A stretch of DNA of 64,000 nucleotides from Hyphochytrium catenoides (lineage: Eukaryota; Protista; Hyphochytriomycota). A model generated the notes under the pieces. The model was not told where the DNA came from, did no database searches, and saw only the letters and a list, made by a program, of their open reading frames with translations. Below are positions 25,719 to 37,677 of the stretch, piece after piece. The position numbers and the translations under genes are program-made. Position 1 is the first letter of the stretch; each line of letters opens with the position of its first letter. The stretch lies in NCBI GenBank assembly GCA_900088475.1, contig FLMG01002622.1, positions 62,001 through 126,000 of the forward strand. Reading direction: 5' to 3'.

Positions 25719-28271
25719 TTAGTCTCTTCTCAAGACTCTTCTCCGGCTACCAGCGCCTGCATAACTTCCTTTGTTCGTCGTTGTGGCTGGTCGCACCTGG
25801 GCTGCCTTGGCGCTGGAAGCACTGCTGGCGGCTGACTTTGGCCCTAAGTTCGTGGTCCTGAGTCCATTGCCAGCTCCTCCACTCTGTCCACGGACTGTTT
25901 GAGACTCTCTGGCCGCTCCACCAGCTGCTGACTGTCCGGCACTTGCTCCGCCGCTGTCATAGCCTTGCTCGCCACCGCCGCCAAGCACGCCACTTCCTCC
26001 TCCTTGCCCCGAACCTCCAACCATCCCGGTAAGAGCTTGACCTAAGTTCTGCAGTGGGTTTGCTCCTCCGCCGCCGCCGGCGCCGCCGCCCAGCAGACCA
26101 CCTAAGGCTTGTCCAAGGTTTCCAATGGGGTTACCGTCTCCTCCCCCAGCTCCTCCCCCAGCTCCTCCGCCACCTGTCGCTCCAGCGACAAGGTTGCTGA
26201 CGCCGCTAACTAGAGAACCGATAGCGTCCCCACCGCCGCCGCCACCTGTCGCTCCAGCGACAAGGTTGCTGACGCCGCTAACTAGAGAACCGATAGCGTC
26301 CCCACTGCCTCCGCCCGCAGCTGCGGCTCCGTTAGGATTGGTAGCTTGGATCACTGCATCTGCCAGCCCGGTAGCTAGAGGAGCACCAGCAGTTAGCGCC
26401 GCGCCAATGGGCGCCGCGCCAGGGATAAGAGACAGGACTGGGCCGGCGAGACTTGCGATAGTTCCGGCAGCCTTGGCCGCATTGCCAGCCACGTTAGCTG
26501 CTTGTTTCAAGGCGACCGCGGGGTCCTGAGCCGCCTGGCCTGGAGCGTTAGCAGTCCCAAGATAGCCCTGCTGCCCGTTGCCTCCTTCAGACATGTCACC
26601 GCTTGAAGTTGCTTCAGCTTCTCCCTGTACCTCTCCCTCATTGTACTCTCCTTGGCCCGTTGCCTGGCCGCCCACGGCGTTCTTTGACCGCTGGAAAGCA
26701 CCTGCTCCGGCACTGAGAGCACCGCCGCCTTGCTGCTGATCTGCGTACTCTCCTGTCAGTTCAGCCTGGCTCCCAGTGGCTGGAGAAGGACCTCGAACCG
26801 TCTCAGCAGCTGCGTTGGTTTGCAGTGCCGTGGATCCAGTTGCTGCAGAAAGCGAAGAAGCTTGTCCTCCTCCACCTCCATTGCGTCCACCGAAGAGACC
26901 GGACAAGAGTCCTCCTCCTCCTCCTTGATACCCCCCGAAGTTGATTCCTAGGGCACTCAGGACGTTCTTCTTTAGCTCCACCATCCTGCCCAATAGCCCA
27001 CCAATCCCTGACTGCTCTGGCTGCGGCTGAGGAGCTGGCAGAGAATCAGAGGCAAGCGTCTGCTGTTGTTGCCCAGGTTGGTGCCCGCGTTGATGTTGAC
27101 CCATGTTAGCAGCTCCTGTGCGCTGAAGTTGGTCTACATTCACGCCTCCAGCGGCTCCGGTAGAAATATCTTCAGGCACATTGTCCATGAGTGCTCCAGA
27201 AGCCCCGGCATCGGCTTCTAGGCCAGTGTTCTGCACTTGATGCACAGGGAGAGGCATCTCCTCTCCTTCTAGCGCCGCGCTCTCTCTCTTGACAGCAGAA
27301 GATGTCTCGGTGCGTAAGGAGGGCGAAGAAGGGGTTGGAGACGGAGAGATGATGGCTCTCTGGCTGTGTTCTCTCCTCGCCTGAATCTCCGCTTCCCTCG
27401 TTGTCTCTTCCTCGGACAGCACCTTCTCTTGAACGACAACCTGCGTCTTGGTCTCTGCTGGGCGCTCAGGCTCAATAACATACTCTGTTGCTCTCTCGAG
27501 GTCGCTCCCTTCAGCCACTGCTGTTGAAGCTTCTTCAACCAGCAGCTGCACAGCAGGGCCATTGACCTCCCCAGAGAAAGAGATGCTGTCCACCTGAGAG
27601 TCAGTAGAAGAAGAAGTGGAAGGGCTCTGTCCCTCTACCTCGAGCTGGCTCAGTCTGTCAGGAAGAGACCTTCTGAAATAACTATCGGCATTCACCAGCT
27701 CAGGAAGAGGAGGAAGAGGACCAGTCCCAGCCTTGTAAGGAAGTGTTCCGACCTCTGTCTGGACTGGAGCCCCAGTCTTTGAGGAAGCTGGGACCGTAGG
27801 GACGGTCTCTGAGATCCGTGTCAGAGTCTTGAACAGCGGATCTACGGCCACAATCGCTGCCACTCTGCAGGCTTCTCCACCGTCAGGGCTGGGGCAAGGA
27901 TCTCTTTGAAAGTACTGGACCCAAGCATTCTGCGCCCTCTCAAGATCACGCTGGATGTTCCACTCAATGAGCTTCCGCCAATCTTCTTTATCTTTCTCCG
28001 TCTGCGCATACTTTACGGCTTGGTTGACAGCATCTGCAGGGGCAATTTTCTCCACGTAGCGTGCAGCTTCTCCTCTCCATTGTGCTGCTTGCTCGGGGTT
28101 AGAACGGAGGATGTCATCCCAGGGTGAGCGGAGTTGCTCCTCCGTATAAAGCTGACCAGTGGTAGCGGATGGCGGTGGCCCTCCCATGCTCTGGGCATGG
28201 GTGGCGGCGGGGTGAAGGGAAAGTGCTAAGGTGATGACGGCCAAAACCGCCACGGCTCTAAAAACCTTCAT
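25719..28271 (-). CDS. Intronless 850-aa secreted Gly/Ala/Gln-rich protein of unknown function
   Basis: Long open frame with an N-terminal signal peptide (MKVFRAVAVLAVITLALSLHPAATHA). It contains a near-exact 72-bp tandem repeat (GDAIGSLVSGVSNLVAGATGGGG x2) at ~26167-26305. Confidence 0.85.
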   Translation of the reverse strand: MKVFRAVAVLAVITLALSLHPAATHAQSMGGPPPSATTGQLYTEEQLRSPWDDILRSNPEQAAQWRGEAARYVEKIAPADAVNQAVKYAQTEKDKEDWRKLIEWNIQRDLERAQNAWVQYFQRDPCPSPDGGEACRVAAIVAVDPLFKTLTRISETVPTVPASSKTGAPVQTEVGTLPYKAGTGPLPPLPELVNADSYFRRSLPDRLSQLEVEGQSPSTSSSTDSQVDSISFSGEVNGPAVQLLVEEASTAVAEGSDLERATEYVIEPERPAETKTQVVVQEKVLSEEETTREAEIQARREHSQRAIISPSPTPSSPSLRTETSSAVKRESAALEGEEMPLPVHQVQNTGLEADAGASGALMDNVPEDISTGAAGGVNVDQLQRTGAANMGQHQRGHQPGQQQQTLASDSLPAPQPQPEQSGIGGLLGRMVELKKNVLSALGINFGGYQGGGGGLLSGLFGGRNGGGGGQASSLSAATGSTALQTNAAAETVRGPSPATGSQAELTGEYADQQQGGGALSAGAGAFQRSKNAVGGQATGQGEYNEGEVQGEAEATSSGDMSEGGNGQQGYLGTANAPGQAAQDPAVALKQAANVAGNAAKAAGTIASLAGPVLSLIPGAAPIGAALTAGAPLATGLADAVIQATNPNGAAAAGGGSGDAIGSLVSGVSNLVAGATGGGGGGDAIGSLVSGVSNLVAGATGGGGAGGGAGGGDGNPIGNLGQALGGLLGGGAGGGGGANPLQNLGQALTGMVGGSGQGGGSGVLGGGGEQGYDSGGASAGQSAAGGAARESQTVRGQSGGAGNGLRTTNLGPKSAASSASSAKAAQVRPATTTNKGSYAGAGSRRRVLRRD

Positions 28272-31200
28272 TACTCTCTTTTATTCTCGACGCTTTCTCT
28301 CTCTCTCTCTCTTTCTTTCTCTTATTCAACGTCTTCCCTCCCTATCTGTTTGAAAAAAAAAGCACGCGGCTATGGTCGCTAATAGAGAAGGCCGATCATG
28401 ACCTGCGCGGCAAAGGGTTGAGATCGCTTCCAACTGTGAAGAAGTGGAAGTTTCCAGGCTCTCAATGTGGGAGCGAGAGCAATGAGTGGGAGAGAGAATG
28501 GCTGAACTCAAGAGAAGGAAACTAAAGGACTGTTGGCACTGCCGCGACCGCGGCGATGGCGAGCGACTTAGAGAAGGAAGACCACACAGGACGTCAGCTC
28601 GATATTGAATAGCCAGTTTGCAGCCGTGACTCATAAGGATCTTTGAGGATGCTGAGCCATTGCAGCCAGCACAAGGACAAAGTGAAGGCAAGAGAGAGAG
28701 AGAACGAGAGAAATAGAAAGACAGAGAGAGAGAGAGAGGCACATGAGGGAGAGAGGATGGAGTAGATGTAAAAAAGGAGGCGACAGAGAAGGTAAATGAA
28801 GAGAGTGATACAAGAGAGAAAGACGAGGGGACTGAGGAAAAATAAGAAGAAGAACCAGAAGGTGCACATGTGAAAAATTCTCCGGAAGGAGCAGCAAGTC
28901 GAAGGCAGAAGAGGCGGAAGGAAGCTCAGGACCTTTAACGTCTGGAGCAATCTCTTCTTGTCGCTTCTCGTGCTTTCTCTCTTGTTCATCCTCTCTCATC
29001 CCTGTTGCATCTCCCAAAATCTTCAGGGTTCCTCCATCTTCCTATCATGCCCTCACGCACGTACTCCGGTGTCTCTCCCTCTCTTTCTCTCTCTCCTCAC
29101 TCTGTCTCTTGAACGTTAGCTGCCTTTCGCCATTCTTTCCGCTCTCTTCCTCTCTCAAATACCTCCACTCTCTTCATCTCCATTCTCTTCATCTCCATTC
29201 TCTCTCTCTCTCTCTCTCTATTTTCTCTCTCTGTTTCTCTCTCTCTCTCTCTCTCTGTCCCTTTCTCCCAGGACCTTCTCCCCCTTTGCGTCTTCACATC
29301 GGCAACTTCAGCTGCTGCATCTTATGAGACGGCCTGGAGGTGTGAAGATGCTGTCAGGGTCGAACTGCGCATGCTCCGCTCTGTCTCGTCCGCGAGAGGA
29401 GACAGTCAGTCCATACACGTTACTTATAAGTCCACGACGCAGGAACTGTGACATTTCTTACATAAATATTTCCCTTGAAACCCGTCGCCAAGTCCCGAAA
29501 CGGTAGTTGTACTTGTAACAGTACTTACAACTTAAGGGAAACGGTAGACTGTCGTTTTTACCATCCTACTACCGTTTTGTGCTAGGTAACTGGGAAGTGA
29601 AGGAATAGAACTAGAAGTGAGAACTCCCCTAGGTTGCCATAATATTTATTAGTGGACTAGCTAACGACTGCTTCAATGTGAAGATGTGAGGGTAAGTCTC
29701 ACCATTTGAAAAAAGAAGGGAGTGCTTAGGGCTATCCATAATCCATAATAGTTAGGTGCCGCACTCTATACTACTGGCTGGAGAGCAGACAGAGAGCGTG
29801 GACATGGACACCTAATAAAAGCAATTAGTAGACGGCAAAGAACTGCAACCATGGTGCTTTTGAAGTATGCTATTGTTACGCTTTTCTACTGCCTATGCCA
29901 TTTCAAGTTAGCATGACCCACCCTTCAGCTCTTGGATGTCTAAGATGATGGCCACCATTTATGAGAATATTACATAAGATAAGAGACAGTTCGATTACTC
30001 CTATTGAAAAAATTTGAGTGGGTCTTCTTAGAGCTCTTCTTAGACTGATTTCATTCACCACAAAACACTAGCCAGTAAAGCCCCGATAGCACCCTAGAAC
30101 TCTGCAAACGTGGCTGGTCACTCCTTTCACCTTCACAGCTGATCAACAGTAGAAACAATTGAGCTCTTTACAACTGGGTATCCCATTCTGCAAATAGTTC
30201 TACTGCCGACTGGGCATGCTCTGCATTCACCATTGAATGGTGACTGACTGACTGACTTCCCGACCCTGACTGCCTTTTTTCGGGATCCTTTGCCTGCTTC
30301 ACGTTTCTAGCGCTCTTATTACCCATTTATCAGTAAACCTATGGGTGTGCCGTGCTGGACATCAAACGGTAGAACTCCAACTTATTATTCCTAGAGGGAA
30401 AAGGGATCTAACCATAACCATCACCGAGGGTTCTATGGTGCTAATGCGATTCTACTCCTGACCTCACATCAACCACGCTGAAAGCGGGTTGCTTTGTTCC
30501 TCAGTGCCGTCGTACTGCGGTGTAGTTCAATCTGAAGTGTTTGTCCTTGCGTTTCTTCGCCACAATCCAGACCCTTTCCACGTACTATCATCGGATGATG
30601 GAGCTTACTTGGGAGAAGTACAGCTTAGCATAGGTTCTATGGTGAGACCAAGTTCACTGTGGCGCGTTTGCCCCTGCTTGGCGGCTGTCTGTTTAATAAG
30701 GTGTACATTGGCACATTGGCGCCCGTGTCAATGGATGATCTATCCGTCGTTTCACTTTTCACTCGCTCCTATCTTCCTTAGTCTGCCGATCTTCATCTTT
30801 CCTATCTACTACGGGGACCTGTGAATCTCTTCGTCACCGCTCTAGGTTAACCGTCATTTGTGTTCTCCCTCTGTCTCTTTCATATATGTTATTGTACCTT
30901 GTGATCCCCTGCTTCTATCTCTCTATACATGGCAGTTCATTCCCTCATGAGCTCCATTCATTCCTCGAGGTACGACAACCGCTAAGCATCTCCCTTTATA
31001 CTGGGGAGAAGTAAGGTGAACAGACTCCTCTGCACTTGTGGGCTATCTATCTCTTTGAGCGTTATCGAAAGGTTAAGCGCTGTGAGTTAGGACATCTGGT
31101 TAGTTGGTCCTGTTTACCTAGGCCTGACCAAGGAGAGGGGAAGGCCCACTCTAACTGTTGGGCGGGGAAGCTTGATGGTAGAGGTCGCTTTCATCAGGGA

Positions 31201-32171
31201 CAATCCTTCTCGTACCTCTACTTCTTTGAATGCCGCTACAGGGATCCAAGCCAGATGGGCGTGGAGCCTTCCACCCTTCCCTGACATTGCACGTGAGACA
31301 TCTTCGTAGTCGCCTCTCTCTGGCCTCGGTACACGAGGAAGACTTTAGTCTCCTCCCAAACTCCTAACTTCGCTTTCCGCCTTCGTGCATCTTGATGCGG
31401 ACATCAGCTGCCCTAGCCAGCTTTTGATATCTACTTAGCAGGAGACAGGAGATGCCCTACTATTTGACATGAGAAGGGACTCTTAAAAACTCTCTTCGCT
31501 CGCTCCCTTCATCAATATCTCATCTCCCACTCGGCCTATGCGGTCTGTCCCTCGAGAAACGTCCTTCTATTTGGTCTGTCTTTCTCTCTTGCTTGACAAC
31601 TATAATAATAAAAGATAAAAGTAATGGCTTCTTCTCAATCAGTCACTGTTCTTCAATAAGTTGGTCGGGGGCAAGTGCACATTAAAAAGGAAAAAGAGAA
31701 CAAAGAGCTCTACGCGGGAGGAGGAAAGAGAAGATAAAACCTTGAAGAAGACGATGATGAAGAAGAGAAAGTTGATAAGAGAGACGTGGGACGGACGAGA
31801 AATGTGGGAGTTCAGAGCTGTTCGTTTGCTCTCCTTCTTCCACGTTTTCTGTGGTTAACCTCCTATCTATATAGTCAGTGTCTTTGCTTCTCTTATCAAA
31901 TTATTCAAAGCTTCTTTTCTCTCTCTCTTTGATGATTCTCTCTTGAAGAAGTTCTTTGGTCTCTGGTCTCTGTTGTTCCCCTTTTTTCCGGTTGGCTAAT
32001 CTTCTCTATGGGTAGCTTCCTCTCCTCCTGCCTCCCGTTTCCCGCTGTATAAATGTGAATCCTCTCTTTCGTGATCTGTCTCCCTCTTCGAGTTGTGCCT
32101 TCATTTCCAGATCAGGTTGACTGTTTCCTTCCTTCCTTCCTTCTCTGTCTCTCTCTCTCTCTGTCTCTCTC

Positions 32172-32202
<31 letters not shown>

Positions 32203-32593
32203 GGAAAAGAGAATAGTACGATAACAGTAAAGAGGGGCCGGCATCAGTGCAGCGATTCGATGATGGCTATAATGAATATACTTATGTTCTTAGCGTGTCT
32301 TCTCTAGGTCCGTGTCGTCTCTCTCTCTCTGTCTCTCTCTCTCTCTCTATTTGGTGTATAGGACGTTTGATGATCACACTTCGTCTCTCTTGGTGTGTCT
32401 CTTTGAACTAGTATATCTTTCTTTCTACTATAGTTCTACTATACATCATGTCTATGTTGTCTCTATCCATCGTCGTCTCCCCCTTTTTTTCTGTCTCTCT
32501 CTCTTTTTCTCCATGCAGCCTGCCCTCAGATTTGCCGCTCGCTCTCTTTTTTGACGTCGTCTATCTCTCTCTCATCCACATCTCTCCTCGTCT

Positions 32594-32639
<46 letters not shown>

Positions 32640-33454
32640 TTCTTTCTTTCTTTCTCTCTCTCTCACTTTCACTTAGCTTCTCTCTTAGTTCCTCTCATCC
32701 TCAAAAAGATAATGCTTCTTTAATATAATGAAGATGTTTCAACGCCTTCTTTTAATTGATGTACGGAGGAAAGAGCTCTTTTTATCTAGTAACTATCCAT
32801 TATGGAGAGCAACAGAAAAAGACAGAACAACAACAAAGTTTGCTACCGAGCAGTCCATCAAAGAGGAAGAAAGAGAAGGGTCTTTGAAGGTGAAAGAAGG
32901 TTCAGTAGTATAGAAGAGTGAAGCGGAAAGAAGGAGAGAGAAGAAGAGAGAAAAAGAGAGAAACAGAGGGAAATTTAAAGATTGAGAAAGAGGCAGAGGA
33001 AAGAGACGGAGAGGAAAGAGACAAGCAAGTCGCTGAATAATAGAGGGGATTGAGACGAAGGGATGTGCAGAAGAGAGTTCATGTAAGAGAGAAGTGAGAG
33101 AAGAGACAGAGAGAGAGAGAGAGAGAGAGAGGAAGAAAGAGAGAGAGAGGAAGAAAGAGAGAGAAAGAAAGAGAGAGGTAAGAGTGAGAGAGAGACAGAG
33201 ACAGAGAGAGAGAGAGCGAAACAAAGAGGCGACGACGAGAGAAGAGAGGAGAGAGGGAGAGGTGAGACAATAACTCTCCCTAGCTCTTCACTTCCGTTTG
33301 ATCAAGTATAGATACAGACAGACTCGGCCAAGTGCGGTACTTATGATCCTTGTCAGCATTAATTTGAGCGAAAAGTAGATTACCTAAGTAAAGCCACAAT
33401 CCGTAAGTACTTGTACCTGCTCCTATCCATCAGGCTTTCTACTCCTGCGAGTTC

Positions 33455-33704
33455 ATTGGACACGATGGGCCCTTAATCGTCAATCATTGGCTTAGAAACT
33501 CCTCCTCAACCAATCAGAAAGAAGAGGCTCCCTCTGTCACGACTCACAATCCAATCAAATACTTGACCAATAATTCACATAGGATAAACTGACAAATGGC
33601 AACTTTTCGCCAATTTGACAATGTCAATCATTCATATTTACATATTTACTCCCGTATTCTTCTCCCCGAAGCCTCATATGTGAATTAAGCGGTGAATTGA
33701 TTGG
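33455..33704. promoter_or_regulatory. Cluster of seven CCAAT/ATTGG boxes upstream of the CysH-Grx gene
   Basis: CCAAT or ATTGG at ~33455, 33486, 33510, 33551, 33567, 33610 and 33700, in a microsatellite-free stretch. Confidence 0.45.
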
Positions 33705-34136
33705 TGAATAATGTTAGTTTACACCACCCTTCAACTTATTGGGATATTCCATACATTTTCTATAGTAAACAGCCCACTACTGAGAAAGACAGAGCTGGAA
33801 GACGAAGAAACGAAGCTCATCGAGCTTTTTCTCTCTCATTCTTTGATCTTCAGTCTCTTCCATTGGCTTCCTTCTCCTCCGCGCAGCTCTCACTTCTCGC
33901 GCAGTCTCCCCTGTGTTTATTGGCATAACGGGCAGCTTCGTCTTCATCTCTGGTGGTCTTGGGAGTCTGGCGTCATAAGGCGTTTGGCTCTGCTGATCCC
34001 AAGGAGACTTGTCGCTTCTGCATCGTCTATCTGCCAGTCTCGTCCTTTGCCACATCTTGGTCTCCTGTCTCTCGCTGTCTGTCTCTCCGTGCTCCTGCTT
34101 CTCGATATTTTCTTAGCTATTGGACTGTAATCCATC

Positions 34137-35483
34137 ATGGCCTCGTGCTCAATGGAAGAAGCCAGGGGCGGAGGCTGTGCCATCTATCCGTCTCCACCTC
34201 CTCCTTCCGCAGCTCAGCCTATAGCTGCTGCTCCCTCTCCATCGCCTTCTGAGGATACGTGCCAAAGTGGAGAAAGCGGAGCTTGCAAAATTCAATGGAA
34301 GACGCGACGGAACGCCCCTTCTCCTTCCTCGTCTCCGGCTGCCTTGGCAAATGGACATGGAGCCTCTCAAGAAGAAGAAGAGAGAGAGGCTGAAGAGTGC
34401 ACGGAAGAAGGCTGCGCTCTTGTGAGTGTCGAACCCATAGATCCGAGGCTGGGCGCTCCTCTTCGCCTTATAAATAGCCAGCTCACGCTGAAGAGCCCAG
34501 AAGAGATCATCTTATGGGCTAAGGAAAAGTATGGGGATGGACTCATCCTAACCACGTCATTTGGCATACAATCGGCCGTCATGCTGCACATGGTCACGCG
34601 GCTTATCCCTAACATTCCTGTTGTCTGGGTTGACACTGGCTTTCTCCCTAAAGAAACCTATGTCTTCGCGCAAGAACTTATTGAGAGGCTCAACCTGAAC
34701 ATCAAAGTCTATCAACCGCAGCTTTCTGCTGCTCGTCTGGAAGCTCTGTATGGAAAGCTCTGGGAGGCTGAAGCTCCCGAAATGCATGAGTTATATGGAA
34801 CGATCACCAAGGTGGAGCCGATGAACAGAGCTATTGAGGAGCTTAATGCAACGGCAGTCTTTACGGGTCTTCGAGCTAAACAAACGGATCTTCGGAAGAA
34901 GATGCAGATTGTCAACAAGACAAAAGGGAAAGAGCATAAGGTCTGCCCCATTCTCTCCTGGACCGAGAAGGACGTAGATGAGTATCTCTCTCGACACAAT
35001 CTCCCCTACCATCCTCTGAAAGCTCAGGGCTATGAGACCGTAGGAGATGCACATTCTTCACGCCCTGTCAGAGAGGGAGAAACAGATGTAAGGGCCACGC
35101 GGTTCAATGGTAGAGCGCAAGAGTGTGGCTTGCATCTGAATGTTGACGCTGCAGACGCTGAAAAGGCCGGTGAAGAGAAACAGGGGAAGAACAATGTGGA
35201 CCTAGCGCACATTGAAAGGGCGCAGTCCATCCCTGGGCTGGTGCTTTATACACAGCCAAACTGCAAATTTTGCAAAGCTTCAAAATTGCATCTGAAGAAT
35301 CTGCAGATTGCCTTTTCAGAGTTTGGTGTTGGGGATGAAGTCTCTGTTGAGACTCTCATTGCCCGTATTGGACGCACAGTGACCACTGTGCCGCAGATAT
35401 TTATAGATGGCGAGTACTTGGGAGGGTACAAGGAACTTGTGCAGCGTTTCCCTGCTGAGAAGGAGGAGAAAGAAGATGCTTGA
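34137..35483 (+). CDS. cysH: PAPS/APS reductase of the Fe-S-less CysH type fused to a C-terminal glutaredoxin, with a Cys-pair N-terminal extension (intronless, 448 aa)
   Basis: Motifs TTSFGIQSAVMLH, VDTGFLPKETY, KVEPM, TGLR, PYHPL..QGYETVGD and catalytic ECGLH. The CC and CxxC cluster ligands are absent. The Grx domain has YTQPNCKFC...TVPQIFIDGEYLGGY. An in-frame TAA just upstream fixes the start. Confidence 0.95.
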   Translation: MASCSMEEARGGGCAIYPSPPPPSAAQPIAAAPSPSPSEDTCQSGESGACKIQWKTRRNAPSPSSSPAALANGHGASQEEEEREAEECTEEGCALVSVEPIDPRLGAPLRLINSQLTLKSPEEIILWAKEKYGDGLILTTSFGIQSAVMLHMVTRLIPNIPVVWVDTGFLPKETYVFAQELIERLNLNIKVYQPQLSAARLEALYGKLWEAEAPEMHELYGTITKVEPMNRAIEELNATAVFTGLRAKQTDLRKKMQIVNKTKGKEHKVCPILSWTEKDVDEYLSRHNLPYHPLKAQGYETVGDAHSSRPVREGETDVRATRFNGRAQECGLHLNVDAADAEKAGEEKQGKNNVDLAHIERAQSIPGLVLYTQPNCKFCKASKLHLKNLQIAFSEFGVGDEVSVETLIARIGRTVTTVPQIFIDGEYLGGYKELVQRFPAEKEEKEDA

Positions 35484-36140
35484 GGCGAGAAGGTCAGGAA
35501 AACTCAATGGGAAGCGAGATACCGGGAAGAAAGAGAGAAAGAGAACTTTTAGCGAAGAGGGCTAACGTGAGTGCTAGAGTGATCTAGTGGAGAAAGTCAA
35601 GCTTGCCGCCACTTTATTTATTGTCATAAAGAGAAAGTCGTTGTTCATCTTCTTGTCATCGTTTCCTCTCCTTCCATGGCTGTCCTATCGTCTTCTCTCT
35701 CTCTCTCTCACGGACCAGACGGTGGTGTTCAGCCGCTTCGCTCTCTTCCTCCCGTTAGCACAGGTTGGTTTCTTCCTCGCCGATGAAGGTGAGAGAGAGA
35801 GAGATTGAGGACAAACGAGTTTGCGTAGCAAAAGAAGTGAGAGATAGAGAGAAGCCGTTATAGAAGGACGCCCTCCTGTCATTGCAGGGCTGAACGAGGT
35901 ATAGAACTATATTAAACTAACAGTTGCAGACGTCTTGGTCTGGCTCTGTGATGGACCTATTTCTCTCCTCTCTCTCTCTCTCTCTCTTCTCAAAGTAAAC
36001 AGTGTTTTCCTTATGATCTTACATCCTTGTGTCGCCTCTCCTCGCCAAAGAGATCCCACATACCTTCTCCCCATGCCTGAGAAAAACTTTGCTACAAGAA
36101 CGTGTGCCTCTCGCCCAAAAATGACCTCACTCTATCTTTC

Positions 36141-36319
36141 TCATTGTGCAGCTGTCTTTTTCTCTTCTCCTTTCTTCTCTTTCTCTTGTTTCTCTCTCTC
36201 TTGCGCCTCTGTGTCGTAGGGCGCTGGAGTCTTGAAACACTCGCCCCATACGCAGAGATATTTGCTAGCGAGAATCTTCTGGAACTCTTCCACGGAATAG
36301 TGTGACGCTTGAGCCGAAC

Positions 36320-36355
<36 letters not shown>

Positions 36356-36674
36356 AAGAGAGAGACAAAGAGAGATGGGGAGAGAAAGAGAGACAGACAG
36401 AGAGAGAAAGAGGTAGCAGAGAGAAAGAAGAGAGGCAGGGGTAAGCGTGGCCGGCCAGAGGAGGGACAGAAAGAGAAAGCAAGAAATAGAGCAAAAGAGA
36501 CAGGAAGGGAATGTATGAGGTGAGAGACAGGCAGAAAGACAACGAAGAACGAGGTGCAAAAAGTTAGAGCCATGCATCCAAGAAAGGCAATCTAAAGGAG
36601 ATAGGCCGGTCCGCAAATGGCAAAGGACCATTGTTGAATGTAAAGAAGAAAGGGATCTCAAGGAGACAAAAGAA

Positions 36675-36708
<34 letters not shown>

Positions 36709-36739
36709 AGAGAGAGAGANNNNNNNNNNNNNNNNNNNN

Positions 36740-36774
<35 letters not shown>

Positions 36775-37644
36775 GACGAGGAGGGCGAGAGAGCGGGAAA
36801 TGAGAGAAAGAAAGACAGAAAGAGAGAAAGGTAGGGAGAAAGAGGCCGGCGATAGAGAGCAGACACAGAGAGAGAGAGCACAAGGCCCACCTAATCTCCT
36901 TTTTATTATCGAGAGAGAGCAGTGCCTGTTCCACGAGCTCCTCGGCTGTGCCCTCTTTGTACTCCATCGCTGGCCATTTCTTTCCCGATTCTACCACCCG
37001 TTTCTCGCTGGGAAGCTGGTAGCTCTGGAGAAGATACTCTACATAGGATCAGAGAGAGAGAAAGAGAGAGAAAGAGAACAAACAATCAACGAGCGCGCAG
37101 AGACATCGAGGTGCAGGAAAAAAGGTCAAAATACAAAAAGAGAGACAGAGTAAAGAGAACAAAAAAAAAGGGGGGTGGGGAGAGATGACGACCAAGAGAG
37201 AGGGGACCGAGAGAATGCAAGCTAGAAGGGAAGTGAATGGGAATCAACGAGGGAGAGAGAGAGATTCAAGTCATACCTACTAGCTCTACTATCTCCCGCT
37301 TCTCTATACCCTTATCAGGGTTGCGAGCTATCATCTTATAGAGATTCACCATACGATCCTGATTTTCAACAGAAGGAGAGATCGAGAGGAAGGGGAGAAG
37401 AGAGACACAAAAGAGAACAAAAGAGAGAGAGAGAGATGGGTGAGAAAGGACAGAGAAGAGAGGTTGGCAAAGAAGGAGAGAGAGAGTGGGAGATGGAGAA
37501 TAGGCGGAATGAAATTTTCGAAGACAACGATCCCCACTTCGCTTGCAAGAGGCCTTCTGCTCGTCCTCCCCTCTTTCTGTCACACAGAGTGCTCTCTTTC
37601 TTGCTTATTTCCACATTCAGTCCCTTCATTCCTTCATATCTCTC

Positions 37645-37677
<33 letters not shown>

